Positions 8,519 to 18,361 of a DNA stretch of 54,574 nucleotides are shown piece after piece (the first letter of the stretch is position 1; every line of letters starts with the position of its first letter). The notes beneath the pieces were generated by a model that was not told the DNA's origin, did not search any database, and worked only from the letters and a program-made list of their open reading frames with translations. This stretch comes from Candidatus Curtissbacteria bacterium RIFCSPLOWO2_12_FULL_41_16. GTDB lineage: Bacteria > Patescibacteriota > Microgenomatia > Curtissbacterales > GWA2-41-24. A program made the position numbers and the translations under genes. The stretch is taken from positions 1 to 54,574 of the forward strand of contig MFBZ01000020.1 in assembly GCA_001776545.1 (NCBI GenBank), given 5' to 3'.

Positions 8519-9040
8519 ATGAACTATCAATACATCACCTTCAAAAATCAACATAATCTTATTGAGGGCGTAGTCTTAAGAAAATTGGTCATCAATAAAG
8601 ACGAATCAGGGTCACTGGTTGAGACTTTACGTAAAGACTGGAATGACGTTTTTGACAGTCAAAATCTCCCTTTTGCCATGCAATACTTGTCAATTACCCC
8701 GCAGGGCGTTGCCCGCGACGAAGACAAATGGCATGTCCACAAAAATCAAGAAGACCGTTTTATATGTGTTTCGGGCCGGATTGTCACGGCCGTTTTTGAT
8801 CCCAGGGTTGAGTCACAAAGCTGCGGCAAGTTTAACTTATTTGTTATGGGGCCGCAAAACGAGGATGAAATGTTCATAATTGTTATTCCGCAAAAAACAT
8901 ACCATGGCTTTATGGTAATTTCCACCGAACCCGGTTATCTTATAAACTTTCCAACCCGGCTTTATAATCCTCAAGACGAAGGGAGAGTTCAAAACAGCCA
9001 GCTTGATTGGAATAAAGTCAGGGATGATTTCAAATTATGA
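8519..9040 (+). CDS. rmlC: dTDP-4-dehydrorhamnose 3,5-epimerase-like cupin
   Basis: LIEGV..., WHVHKNQEDRF, IPQKTYHGF; lies between rmlB and rmlD. Confidence 0.75.
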   Translation: MNYQYITFKNQHNLIEGVVLRKLVINKDESGSLVETLRKDWNDVFDSQNLPFAMQYLSITPQGVARDEDKWHVHKNQEDRFICVSGRIVTAVFDPRVESQSCGKFNLFVMGPQNEDEMFIIVIPQKTYHGFMVISTEPGYLINFPTRLYNPQDEGRVQNSQLDWNKVRDDFKL

Positions 9041-9936
9041 AACTCTTAGTGGTTGGTTCGAAATCTATGGTCGGCTCGCGTTTTTGCGAACTTGCCACTG
9101 CCGATTTCAATCTGGTCAAAGCCGACCTTCATGACCATGTTTCTGTAGATATTACGCGAGTTGATTCGCTAACGTCGTCTTTTAAAAATCAAAAGTTCGA
9201 GTGGCTCGTTTTATTTTCTGCCTTTACCGATGTAGACGGGGCCGAAGAACAAAGAAATGATAAAAACGGCGCTTGTTGGCAAATTAACGTCGAAGGGGTC
9301 AAAAATGTTGTAGGCGCATGCCTTAAATATCAAAGAAAATTAATTTTTATTTCAACCGACTTTGTCTTTGACGGGACTGGCGGGCCATACAGTGAAAATG
9401 ATCCCATGGGCCCTGATCTTGATAAAATTTCCTGGTATGGCATAACTAAAAAAGAAGCGGAAAAGATTATCACAAAAGCACTTTCTAAATTTATAATCCT
9501 CAGAATCTCTTATCCGTACAGAGGAAGATTTGGCAAAAAAGACGATATTGCCAAAAGAGTTTTAAGACTATATCGGGGAAATAGGCTTTATCCGATGTTT
9601 ACCGACCAGACAATTACTCCGACTTTTATTGATGATCTTTCACCCGCATTAAGTCTTCTTCTTGCGGAAAATCAGACAGGTATTTTTCATCTGGCAAGCC
9701 CAACGGCTACCACACAATATGATTTTGCCAAAGAAGTTCTCGGGGTTTTTGGTGAAGATCCTGGCCGTCTCCGCAAAGGATCGCAAGCGGAATTTTTAAA
9801 AACCGCGCAAGCCGTACCCAGACCGAAAAACACCAGTCTCAAAGTTGATAAAATTAAAGCTCTTGGCTTTGAACCAACCGACTGGAAAAGAGGAATAAAA
9901 ATAATTTATGAACAATCAAAAGGTCGATTGATTTAA
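9037..9936 (+). CDS. rmlD: dTDP-4-dehydrorhamnose reductase
   Basis: AFTDVDGAE, FISTDFVFDG, YGITK, DQTITPT, GIFHLA, PRP. Confidence 0.85.
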   Translation: MKLLVVGSKSMVGSRFCELATADFNLVKADLHDHVSVDITRVDSLTSSFKNQKFEWLVLFSAFTDVDGAEEQRNDKNGACWQINVEGVKNVVGACLKYQRKLIFISTDFVFDGTGGPYSENDPMGPDLDKISWYGITKKEAEKIITKALSKFIILRISYPYRGRFGKKDDIAKRVLRLYRGNRLYPMFTDQTITPTFIDDLSPALSLLLAENQTGIFHLASPTATTQYDFAKEVLGVFGEDPGRLRKGSQAEFLKTAQAVPRPKNTSLKVDKIKALGFEPTDWKRGIKIIYEQSKGRLI

Positions 9937-9990
9937 TTGGTCGTTTTTGGCTAGAATTACTTAAATTTTGAATTGTTAATTTAAATTATC

Positions 9991-11292
9991 ATGACTCTTA
10001 CTATTGTCGGTGCAGGTTATGTTGGTTTGGTGACAGCCGCTGTTTTTGCCGATCTCGGCAATAGGGTTTTTTGTGTTGACATTGTCAGGGAAAAAGTAGA
10101 GGGATTAAAAAAAGGCAAAGTTCCGTTTTTTGAACCGTCCCTGACAGAGTATGTTGTCAGAAATCAAGCCGCAAAAAGACTTTTTTTTACCACAAACTAT
10201 TCAGAAGCAGTACCTAAATCACAAGCGGTTTTTATCTGCGTGGGCACACCCCCCAAAAATAACGGCGAGGCAGACCTTTCTTATCTTTTTGCGGCAGTGG
10301 AGGAAACTGCCAAAAACCTTTCCGGCTATACTTTAATTGCCATTAAAAGTACAATTCCGATAGGTTTCGAAGATGATCTTGAGGCTACAGTTAAAAAATA
10401 CGCCAAAACTAAATTCGAATTTGGCGCTTGTCCGGAGTTCTTAAGAGAAGGAACGGCTATTGAGGATACTTTGCATCCGGACAGGATCGTTATCGGTGCG
10501 ACTTCTAAGAAAGCCCAAAAAGTTTTATTAGAACTTCATGCGCCGATTTCCGGCGAAAGAATCATTTGTGATGTTCGTTCCGCCCAGCTTATAAAATATG
10601 CGGCAAATGCTCTCTTGGCAACCAAAGTTTCTTTTGCCAACGCATTGGCCGCTTTGTGCGAAAAAATGGGGGCAGACGTTAAGAAAGTGCTGGCAGGAGT
10701 AGGCGCTGACCGCCGAATCGGCCACTCCTTCCTTTATCCTGGTGTTGGCTATGGAGGTTCGTGTCTTCCCAAAGATGTTTTGGCATTTATTCATCTGGCA
10801 AACCATTTTGGATACGACTTTGACCTTTTGCGCTCCGTTGATGCCGTCAATAACGGTCAGATCGAGGCCTTTATCGGCAAGGTGCGGACGGCTTTAGGCA
10901 ATGGGCATTTAAAGCGAGGACTGGCGGGTAAAAAAGTTGCAGTTTTGGGTTTGGCTTTTAAGCCAAATACTGATGATATACGGGATGCTCCGTCTGTCAA
11001 GGTCATCAATCATCTGGTTGATCTGGGCGCGGAGGTTACCGCTTATGATCCGCAGGCCATGGCAAATGCTCGAAAAATTTTTCCTAAAATCAAATACGCG
11101 CCAAACGTCTACAAGGCCATCGAAGGTCAAGATGCCATGCTTGTTGTCACCGAATGGTCCGAGTTTCGGGAAATGGACCTTTCGGTAATAAAAAAACTCC
11201 TTAAAAGGCCAATAATTATCGATGGCCGCAATATTTTTGACCCTGAGAAAGTTAAAGGTTTAGGGTTTAAATACTACGGAATCGGCCGATGA
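9991..11292 (+). CDS. ugd: UDP-glucose 6-dehydrogenase
   Basis: GAGYVGL, CVGTP, KST, PEFLREG, GYGGSCLPKD, LAFKPNTDDIR, DGRN. Confidence 0.9.
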   Translation: MTLTIVGAGYVGLVTAAVFADLGNRVFCVDIVREKVEGLKKGKVPFFEPSLTEYVVRNQAAKRLFFTTNYSEAVPKSQAVFICVGTPPKNNGEADLSYLFAAVEETAKNLSGYTLIAIKSTIPIGFEDDLEATVKKYAKTKFEFGACPEFLREGTAIEDTLHPDRIVIGATSKKAQKVLLELHAPISGERIICDVRSAQLIKYAANALLATKVSFANALAALCEKMGADVKKVLAGVGADRRIGHSFLYPGVGYGGSCLPKDVLAFIHLANHFGYDFDLLRSVDAVNNGQIEAFIGKVRTALGNGHLKRGLAGKKVAVLGLAFKPNTDDIRDAPSVKVINHLVDLGAEVTAYDPQAMANARKIFPKIKYAPNVYKAIEGQDAMLVVTEWSEFREMDLSVIKKLLKRPIIIDGRNIFDPEKVKGLGFKYYGIGR

Positions 11293-12242
11293 AAAAAGCA
11301 TTAATCACCGGCATTGCCGGCTTTGCCGGCAGCCACCTGGCAGAATATTTACTTTCTAAAAATTTTGAGATTTTTGGCTTTTACCACCCGGGCCATTCAA
11401 CACAAAATGTCGCCGGTATCAAAGATAATATTAAACTAATTGATTGCGATCTGCTTAATCAGTCCCGGCTTAGGCGAGAACTAAGGTTGATCCGGCCGGA
11501 TTACGTTTTTCACCTGGCCGCCTTTTCTTCTCCGGCCGCCAGCTTTCAAAATCCTCGCCAAACCCTGGAAAATAATATCTTCGGCCAGCTTAATCTTCTG
11601 GAAGCTTTGGCCAAAAGTAAATCAAAAGCGAAAATCCTGGTTGTCGGATCTGCTGACGAATACGGTGATATTGACCCCAAATATTTACCGGCAAAAGAGG
11701 TCACCCCTTTATCGCCGATTTCTCCATACGCGGTTTCTAAGGTCGCTCAGGATATGTTGGGTTTACAATTTTTCTTACACCATAAACTTCAGATAGTGCG
11801 CGTTAGGCCATTCAACCACATCGGACCAAGACAATCTGCAAGCTTTGTGGTTTCCGCTTTTGCTGCTCAGATTGCAGAGATGGAGTCAAAAGGTGGCCAA
11901 ACAATTATAGTTGGTGATCTTTCAAAAGTGCGTGAATTTACAGACGCCAGAGATATGGTCAAAGCTTATTTGTTGGCTTTAGAGAAATGTCTACCGGGAG
12001 AAGTTTATAATATTGGGACAGGCATCCCGGTTAAAATCGCCGATCTTTTAGAGATGTTGCTTAGTCTGGCGCGAGTTAGAATAACAGTGAAAGTTGATAA
12101 GTCCAGAATTCCGCCTGTCGATATCAAAATGATTTATTGCGATCCATCAAAGTTTCAAAAAGCCACCAGCTGGAAGCCCAGGATCCCGCTTTTAAAAACC
12201 TTATCTGATACAATTGAATACGAACGAAAAAAGTTAAGATAA
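11289..12242 (+). CDS. rmd: GDP-4-keto-6-deoxy-D-mannose reductase-like (Rmd) SDR
   Basis: ITGIAGFAGSHL, HLAA, GSADEYG, PYAVSK, RPFNHIGPRQ; adjacent to gmd. Confidence 0.7.
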   Translation: MKKALITGIAGFAGSHLAEYLLSKNFEIFGFYHPGHSTQNVAGIKDNIKLIDCDLLNQSRLRRELRLIRPDYVFHLAAFSSPAASFQNPRQTLENNIFGQLNLLEALAKSKSKAKILVVGSADEYGDIDPKYLPAKEVTPLSPISPYAVSKVAQDMLGLQFFLHHKLQIVRVRPFNHIGPRQSASFVVSAFAAQIAEMESKGGQTIIVGDLSKVREFTDARDMVKAYLLALEKCLPGEVYNIGTGIPVKIADLLEMLLSLARVRITVKVDKSRIPPVDIKMIYCDPSKFQKATSWKPRIPLLKTLSDTIEYERKKLR

Positions 12243-12342
12243 TTTTTTATTTGAAATTTAAAATGTTGAAAATTCAATGAAAATACCAAAGCGTATTTTT
12301 GATAAATTAAAAAGTAAAAATTAGAAATTGAAAATTACTGGA

Positions 12343-13320
12343 ATGGCCCAAAAAAGAGCTCTCATCACCGGCGTTACCGGACAAGACGGATCGTACTTGG
12401 CCGAATTCCTGCTTTCAAAAGGGTATAAAGTTTTCGGTCTGACCAGAAGAACATCAACTCCAAATTACGAAAGGATTAAGCATATTGAGGACAAAATTGA
12501 ACTGATCCCCGGCGACATTTTAGACCAGCAGTCGCTAACTTCAGCTGTTTCCCTCGCAAGGCCGGACGAAATTTATAACTTAGCCGCCCAAAGTTTTGTG
12601 GCAACTAGCTGGTCTCAGCCGGTTTTAACCGGTGAATTTACGGCTCTTGGAGTAACCAGAATGCTGGAAGCGGTAAGACAAGTCAAACCGGATGCCAAAT
12701 TTTATCAGGCATCATCGTCTGAAATGTTTGGCAAAGTGAAAGAGTCTCCCCAAAATGAAAAAACCCCTTTTCACCCCCGCAGCCCTTACGGCGTGGCCAA
12801 GGTTTACGGCCACTGGATTACAATCAATTACAGGGAATCTTATGGTCTTTTTACAGTTTCCGGTATCCTTTTCAATCATGAATCACCCCGTCGCGGTCTT
12901 GAGTTTGTTACCCGTAAAATCAGCCATAACGTCGCCAGGATCCATTTAGGGCAGGTCGGCCATATTGTTCTCGGCAATCTCGAAGCAAAACGCGACTGGG
13001 GGTTTTCCGGAGATTACGTGCAGGGGATGTGGTTGATGCTCCAGCAGGACAAGCCTGATGATTATGTTATCGCAACAGGCGTTAATCATTCCGTAGCGGA
13101 ATTTGTCGAAGAAGCCTTTAAAGTTATTGGAATTACTAACTGGAAAAAATACGTCAAAGTTTCCAAAGAATTTTTCAGGCCGGCTGAGGTGGATTTTTTA
13201 GTTGGCGATGCCACTCGCGCAAAAAGAGTTTTAGGCTGGAGACCGAAAATCACATTTAGCAAGCTTGTCGAAATGATGGTTAAGGCAGATATTGCCTTAC
13301 TTTCGAAAAACTCCCAATGA
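12343..13320 (+). CDS. gmd: GDP-mannose 4,6-dehydratase
   Basis: [54 protein letters not shown]. Confidence 0.95.
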   Translation: MAQKRALITGVTGQDGSYLAEFLLSKGYKVFGLTRRTSTPNYERIKHIEDKIELIPGDILDQQSLTSAVSLARPDEIYNLAAQSFVATSWSQPVLTGEFTALGVTRMLEAVRQVKPDAKFYQASSSEMFGKVKESPQNEKTPFHPRSPYGVAKVYGHWITINYRESYGLFTVSGILFNHESPRRGLEFVTRKISHNVARIHLGQVGHIVLGNLEAKRDWGFSGDYVQGMWLMLQQDKPDDYVIATGVNHSVAEFVEEAFKVIGITNWKKYVKVSKEFFRPAEVDFLVGDATRAKRVLGWRPKITFSKLVEMMVKADIALLSKNSQ

Positions 13321-14534
13321 GACTTGTTGTCAATATCCCCACCTATAACGAGAAAGAGAACATTGAAGAGATCATCAAAAAGGTATTGGCCCAGCAGAAA
13401 AATTTAAAGGGGATGGATTTGCACGTTTTAATCTCCGATAGTCATTCATTGGATGGTACAGCCGATATTGTTAAAAAAATTTCGCAAATCAATCCCCATG
13501 TCCACTATCTGGATGTAAAAGAAAGGGGCCTTGGGGTTGGTCTTATTAAAGGCCATCGATATGCCGTTGATAAGTTCAAAGCCGACATCTTGGCTCAGAT
13601 GGATGGTGATCTTTCTCATGACCCGGCAACTCTCCCCGTGATGGTCGAATATATCAAAAAAGGGTATGATCTGGTCAATGGTTCAAGATTAATGCCCGGG
13701 GGCAAAAATCTCTTGGGATGGCACAGGCGGCTTTTCACCAGGGGCTCGGCCCTCTATTGTAAATTGGCTTGGGGTACATTTGGAATTTCTGAATATACCA
13801 CTTCATACAGAGTTTTTACTAAAAAACTTTTTGAAAAAATTAATCTCTCGAAAATCCCCTGGAGATCAAAAACTTATATCATTCAGCCGGCTTTCCTGTA
13901 TGCTGCGATCGCAGCTGATGCCAAAATTTGCGAAGTGCCGGTCATTTTTACGGACAGAAAAAAAGGTTATTCAAAGGCTAAAATCGTCGCTTATACCATT
14001 GATGTTCTTAAATTCGGTCTCAAGGCCCGGCTGGTAAGGTCTAAGACTTTTCTTAAATTTTTGACCGTAGGCACCAGCAGCTATTTTTCAAATGCGATCG
14101 TCCTGGGTTTATTAAACAGAGGCCAAATTTACTCGTTTACCGTTTTTGACAAACCTCTTCTTTCAAACATCCCGACCTTTGAACAAGCGTCGAAATTGTT
14201 GTTTCTAAATTTAGATCGGCTTTTTGTCTCCTCAATCATTTCTATCGAACTCTCAATTATTTTCAATTTTATCTTCCACGATAACTGGACTTTTAAAAGC
14301 AGATCCCACGAAGGATCAGTTTTTTTAAGATTTGCCAAATTCAATTTATCCTCAATTGGCAGTCCTATAATCCAATTAGCTTCAATCTTAATTTCAGTAA
14401 GAGTGTTTAATCTTCACGAACAGATCGGTTTGGCAATAGGGGTTATTATCGGACTATTTTTTAATTACTTTGTCAACATCCTTTGGATTTGGAAAGCTAG
14501 AGAGCACCTGGCACCGGCAAAAGTTCAAGCCTAA
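13317..14534 (+). CDS. Polyprenol-phosphate glycosyltransferase (DPM1-like GT2) fused to a GtrA flippase domain
   Basis: [22 protein letters not shown]; C-terminal hydrophobic GtrA pattern (FLKFLTVG...[10 protein letters not shown]...[11 protein letters not shown]). Confidence 0.85.
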   Translation: MRLVVNIPTYNEKENIEEIIKKVLAQQKNLKGMDLHVLISDSHSLDGTADIVKKISQINPHVHYLDVKERGLGVGLIKGHRYAVDKFKADILAQMDGDLSHDPATLPVMVEYIKKGYDLVNGSRLMPGGKNLLGWHRRLFTRGSALYCKLAWGTFGISEYTTSYRVFTKKLFEKINLSKIPWRSKTYIIQPAFLYAAIAADAKICEVPVIFTDRKKGYSKAKIVAYTIDVLKFGLKARLVRSKTFLKFLTVGTSSYFSNAIVLGLLNRGQIYSFTVFDKPLLSNIPTFEQASKLLFLNLDRLFVSSIISIELSIIFNFIFHDNWTFKSRSHEGSVFLRFAKFNLSSIGSPIIQLASILISVRVFNLHEQIGLAIGVIIGLFFNYFVNILWIWKAREHLAPAKVQA

Positions 14535-14541
14535 TTTTCCC

Positions 14542-16059
14542 ATGGATCTTATCAAATGGCTAAAAACTCAAAAGATTGAGTTTTATCTGCTTTTAATTCT
14601 CCTTTTAACAGCTGCCTTTTTCCGTTTCTGGCAAATAAAGGATTATGTTGTTTTTCTTGGAGATGAAGGCAGGGATATGTTGGTTGCCAAAAGAATGATA
14701 ATGGACGGCAAGGTTCCTTTTCTTGGGCCAACCGCTTCAGTCGGCGGTTTTTATTTAGGACCTATTTACTACTGGCTTGCCGCTCCCTTTTTAGCAATAT
14801 GGCGTCTTGATCCGGTCGGACCTTCATACATGGTAGCTCTCTTTGGCGTCGGTACGGTTTTCCTTTTATACAAATTTCTAAAAGATACGGCAGGCCTATA
14901 TCCGGCATTTTTGGCAAGTCTCCTATACGCTACCGCCCCTCTTATTGTCAGATATTCCAGGTCTTCTTGGAACCCCAATCCATTGCCCTTTTTTGCTCTT
15001 CTTTTAATCTACAGCCTCTATTTGGCAATCAGCCGCAAAAATCCGCTCTTTTTTGTCCTTGCGGGTTTGTGCTTCGGTGTCGTCATCCAGCTTCATTATT
15101 TGGCGATTATGTTGGTTCCGATTTCATTTTTAATCATAGTTTTAAATACAAACTTCCGGCATTTACCAAAAGCCTTACTTCTAATCACGGCAGGCTCGCT
15201 TCTCTCCTTTTCTCCCTTTTTGATTTTTGAAATTAAACACCATTTTCCGAACTTTAAGACAATCTATGAATTTACCACTCGCGGCTCAACACATGGTTTT
15301 AAAACCTACAACTATCTTTGGTTAACCTCAAATATGGGCAATATCCTTCTTGAGGAAATCACAAAATTAAAAGAGACAATAATAACTAAAATCTTTTTTT
15401 GGGTTTTGTCCCTTGGAGGGATATACGGTCTTGCCAAAAATTGGCAAAATAAAAAAAACAGACTAATCTTTTCAATCGGCGTTATCTGGTTTTTGGTAGG
15501 CTTGCTAAGCCTCCGTTTTTATTCTGGTCAATTATTTGATTATTATTTTGGCTTTATGTTTCCCGCCCCATTTTTGCTGACAGGTCTCGTATTCTCGGTT
15601 GTCTGGCAGAAAAATATTTTAAAAATTGCAAGCATCATATTTACGACTGCCGCACTTATTTACTTTATCGCCAACGGTTTTTACAGGTTCCCTCCAAATC
15701 AACTCATCAAACAAACTGAGGACGTTGCCAATTTTGTGGTAGAAAAATCGGAAGGTAACCCTTTCAATTTTGCGCTGATCACCGATCACAATAGCGATCA
15801 TGCCTACCGCTATTTTCTGGAAATTGCCGGACATAAACCAACGGAGTTGGAAACTATGGTTACGGACCAGCTATTAGTTGTCTGCGAATCCAAGAAATGT
15901 GCGCCCCTCGGCCATCCAACTTGGGAAATTGCCGGCTTCGGGCGCTCTGAAATAAAAGGGGAGTGGGAGCTGCCCAACATTGGCATCAGGGTCTTTCGTC
16001 TCACCCACTGGCCCGGTGTTCCAAGTCCATCCGGCAAACCGGCAGTTAAAGGAATCTGA
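14542..16059 (+). CDS. GT-C fold glycosyltransferase (ArnT/PMT-like)
   Basis: FRFW...FLGDEGRD, GPIYYW, SRSSWNPNP, QLHY; many TM segments. Confidence 0.8.
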   Translation: MDLIKWLKTQKIEFYLLLILLLTAAFFRFWQIKDYVVFLGDEGRDMLVAKRMIMDGKVPFLGPTASVGGFYLGPIYYWLAAPFLAIWRLDPVGPSYMVALFGVGTVFLLYKFLKDTAGLYPAFLASLLYATAPLIVRYSRSSWNPNPLPFFALLLIYSLYLAISRKNPLFFVLAGLCFGVVIQLHYLAIMLVPISFLIIVLNTNFRHLPKALLLITAGSLLSFSPFLIFEIKHHFPNFKTIYEFTTRGSTHGFKTYNYLWLTSNMGNILLEEITKLKETIITKIFFWVLSLGGIYGLAKNWQNKKNRLIFSIGVIWFLVGLLSLRFYSGQLFDYYFGFMFPAPFLLTGLVFSVVWQKNILKIASIIFTTAALIYFIANGFYRFPPNQLIKQTEDVANFVVEKSEGNPFNFALITDHNSDHAYRYFLEIAGHKPTELETMVTDQLLVVCESKKCAPLGHPTWEIAGFGRSEIKGEWELPNIGIRVFRLTHWPGVPSPSGKPAVKGI

Positions 16060-16084
16060 TATAAATCACAAATTAACCCAACCA

Positions 16085-16103
16085 ATTCCACCTGGGAGGT
16101 GGA
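16085..16103. repeat. REP hairpin ATTCCACCTGGGAGGTGGA upstream of RAYT
   Basis: 7-bp stem TCCACCT/AGGTGGA; inverted copy at 16842-16860 (17/19). Confidence 0.8.
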
Positions 16104-16144
16104 TTATCCTTGACACCTAGGAAAAATTTTAGTAAAACTGACAC

Positions 16145-16828
16145 ATGCCGGGTAGATTATTACCTTTGGTAACAGGCGAGATTTACCATGTCTTTAACAG
16201 GGGTATCGATCATCGTCCAACATTTACAAGTGTTGGAGAATACAAGCGAGCTCTAATTACTATTAAGTTCTATCGATTCTCCTCTCAACCAGTTAAGCTC
16301 TCCCGTTTTTTAATCCTCTCTGGAGAAGAAAAAGGAAAATTTTTTTCAGATGTAAAACGAGAAGAAAAGTTCTTGGTTGAGTTTCTTTCTTTTTGTCTTA
16401 TGCCCAATCATTTCCATTTTCTTATAAAACAAGTACAAGATGGTGGCATATCTCGCTTTATGAGCAATTTTCAAAATAGTTTCACGCGTTATTTTAATGT
16501 CAAGCATGAAAGAACCGGCCAATTGTTTCTTAATCAGTTTAAAGCAGTCAGAATCGAAACTGATGAACAATTTCTTCATGTCTCTCGTTATATTCACCTT
16601 AACCCCCACTCTTCTTTTATAGTAAAAAACTTATCAGATTTAGAAAACTACCAATGGTCATCGTTGTTCGAACATCTTGGTGATTCAAAAGATGGAATTT
16701 CCAACAGTGAAACAATCCTTTCATTTTTCAAGGACAAACAAAATTACAAGGGTTTCGTCTTTGACCAGGCAAATTACCAGAGAGAGCTTGATAAGATAAA
16801 ACACCTAGTAATTGACTCGGATACCTAG
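16145..16828 (+). mobile_element. REP-associated tyrosine transposase (RAYT / IS200-like Y1 HUH superfamily)
   Basis: IYHVFNRG, FCLMPNHFHFL (HUH), FTRYFN.KH.RTGQLF, YIHLNP, YQWSS; flanked by inverted REP hairpins. Confidence 0.9.
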
Positions 16829-16837
16829 GTGTTATAC

Positions 16838-17278
16838 CTATTTCACCTCCGAGGTGGAATATTGGTAAAGCTTATGTTCTAATGTGACACCAACCGCCAG
16901 TACGCCGACTTTTTTAAGATTACGTCTTTTGACCTCATCCAGAGCTACGTCAACAATACTCAACATTTTGCGGCCTGAAACCTCTTCTAGTTGCTTTTGA
17001 AAAAAGTGTGGGGTGTTTGAAGTGATTACCAAAAAATCAACATTAGTTCCTAATTGCCTTGCTGCACCCAAAAGTCTCAGATCTGGTTTCAGTGGTATTT
17101 GAGGAGATCCGTCTTCATTTAAAATCATTGGGGCATGGCGGAAATAATGAACGATCATGGGCGGATAACCTCGATTAACATATTGAGGAATCATTTCTTG
17201 AGATGCTTGATGAATTTGTTCTTCAAAATCCATTGTCGCCTGCGGTCCAAGTCCACCGATGACACCAATGGTTTTCAT
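16838..17278 (-). pseudogene. Aspartate/glutamate racemase family gene, C-terminally truncated at the REP
   Basis: MKTIGVIGGLGPQATMDF...VITSNTPH...KKVGVLA..T...LYQ, then YSTSEVK*, where most of the tail comes from the REP. About 146 aa from MKTIG, versus roughly 230 aa for the family; the second catalytic motif is absent. Confidence 0.7.
16842..16860. repeat. REP hairpin TTCACCTCCGAGGTGGAAT downstream of RAYT
   Basis: Reverse complement ATTCCACCTCGGAGGTGAA matches 16085-16103 at 17/19. Confidence 0.8.
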
Positions 17279-17388
17279 TCTCGGAATCTCATATTCGCCT
17301 GCGGCTCTTTCCATCCTCTGGCAGTAATGTGGACTATAATTCAAATTGCTTATATTTTACAAAGAAATCTCTTTAATTATCGTGCGAC

Positions 17389-17418
17389 TTGAATCTGGCA
17401 ACTGATTTGATATATGAT
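17389..17418 (+). promoter_or_regulatory. Putative sigma70 promoter of pyrB (leaderless type)
   Basis: TTGAAT-18 nt-TATGAT, 8 nt before the ATG. Confidence 0.5.
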
Positions 17419-17426
17419 CCCAGAAG

Positions 17427-18338
17427 ATGAAACTTCGGCATATAATTTCCGCCCGGCAATTTGATAAAAAAACCCTCGAGCAAATTTTTAACCTCACTGA
17501 TAAAATCAAATCCCAAAAATATAACAATAACCATCTTTCTGGCAAAATTATGGCGACTCTTTTTTATGAACCATCCACAAGAACTAGACTTTCATTTGAG
17601 TCGGCTATGCTTCGTCTTGGCGGAAAGGTAATTACAACCGAAAACGCTGCCGAATTTTCTTCCGCTGCCAAAGGAGAAACATTGGAAGATACAATCCGAG
17701 TTGTTAATTCTTATTGCGATGTTATAGTTATCAGACATTTTAATGAGGGAGCGTCTGAAGTTGCCTCAAGATATTCAAAGGTTCCAGTGATTAATGCCGG
17801 GGATGGTAAGGGTGAACACCCAACCCAGGCAATACTTGATCTTTACACGATTTTTTCCAGATTTAATAGGGCAGACTTTACCATTGCCATGGTTGGCGAT
17901 CTTAAAAATGGCCGAACGATCCATTCCCTTTGTCCGCTTCTTGCCCATTACCCAAAAGTTAAGATTATTTTTATCTCGCCAAAGGCTCTCGCTGCCCCCA
18001 AATCTTTAAAAGAGTACTTAAAGCAAAGAAGGGTACACTTTGAAGAGACAGAAAATTTTAAGAAAGTAGAGTTGGCAGATGTAATTTATCAGACCAGAAT
18101 CCAAAAGGAGCGTTTTAAAAATACTCGTGATTATCAAAAATATTTCGGCAAATATATCATAGACGGAAGTATTCTAAAATACTTGAGGTCAAAAGCAGTA
18201 ATCATGCATCCCTTGCCAAGGGTAAATGAAATAACCCAAGAAGTGGATAGTGATAGACGGGCGATTTACTTTGAGGAAGCCGCAAACGGTCTTTATACTA
18301 GAATGGCAATCCTTGCGTACCTCTTTGACAAATCCTAA
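17427..18338 (+). CDS. pyrB: Aspartate carbamoyltransferase catalytic subunit
   Basis: FYEPSTRTRLSFE, KGETLEDT, INAGDG..EHPTQA, VGDLKNGRT, RIQKER, MHPLPR. Confidence 0.95.
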   Translation: MKLRHIISARQFDKKTLEQIFNLTDKIKSQKYNNNHLSGKIMATLFYEPSTRTRLSFESAMLRLGGKVITTENAAEFSSAAKGETLEDTIRVVNSYCDVIVIRHFNEGASEVASRYSKVPVINAGDGKGEHPTQAILDLYTIFSRFNRADFTIAMVGDLKNGRTIHSLCPLLAHYPKVKIIFISPKALAAPKSLKEYLKQRRVHFEETENFKKVELADVIYQTRIQKERFKNTRDYQKYFGKYIIDGSILKYLRSKAVIMHPLPRVNEITQEVDSDRRAIYFEEAANGLYTRMAILAYLFDKS

Positions 18339-18354
18339 ATCTAACCTCCATAAT
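18325..18354 (+). promoter_or_regulatory. Putative sigma70 promoter (leaderless type)
   Basis: TTGACA-18 nt-CATAAT, 7 nt before ATG 18362. Confidence 0.55.
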
Positions 18355-18361
18355 AGTTTCC

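Noticed and set aside
16145-16828. IS200/IS605 element with TnpB
   Set aside because: No tnpB is adjacent; the length (227 aa) and the NP...YQWSS C-terminal motifs fit the RAYT-like group.
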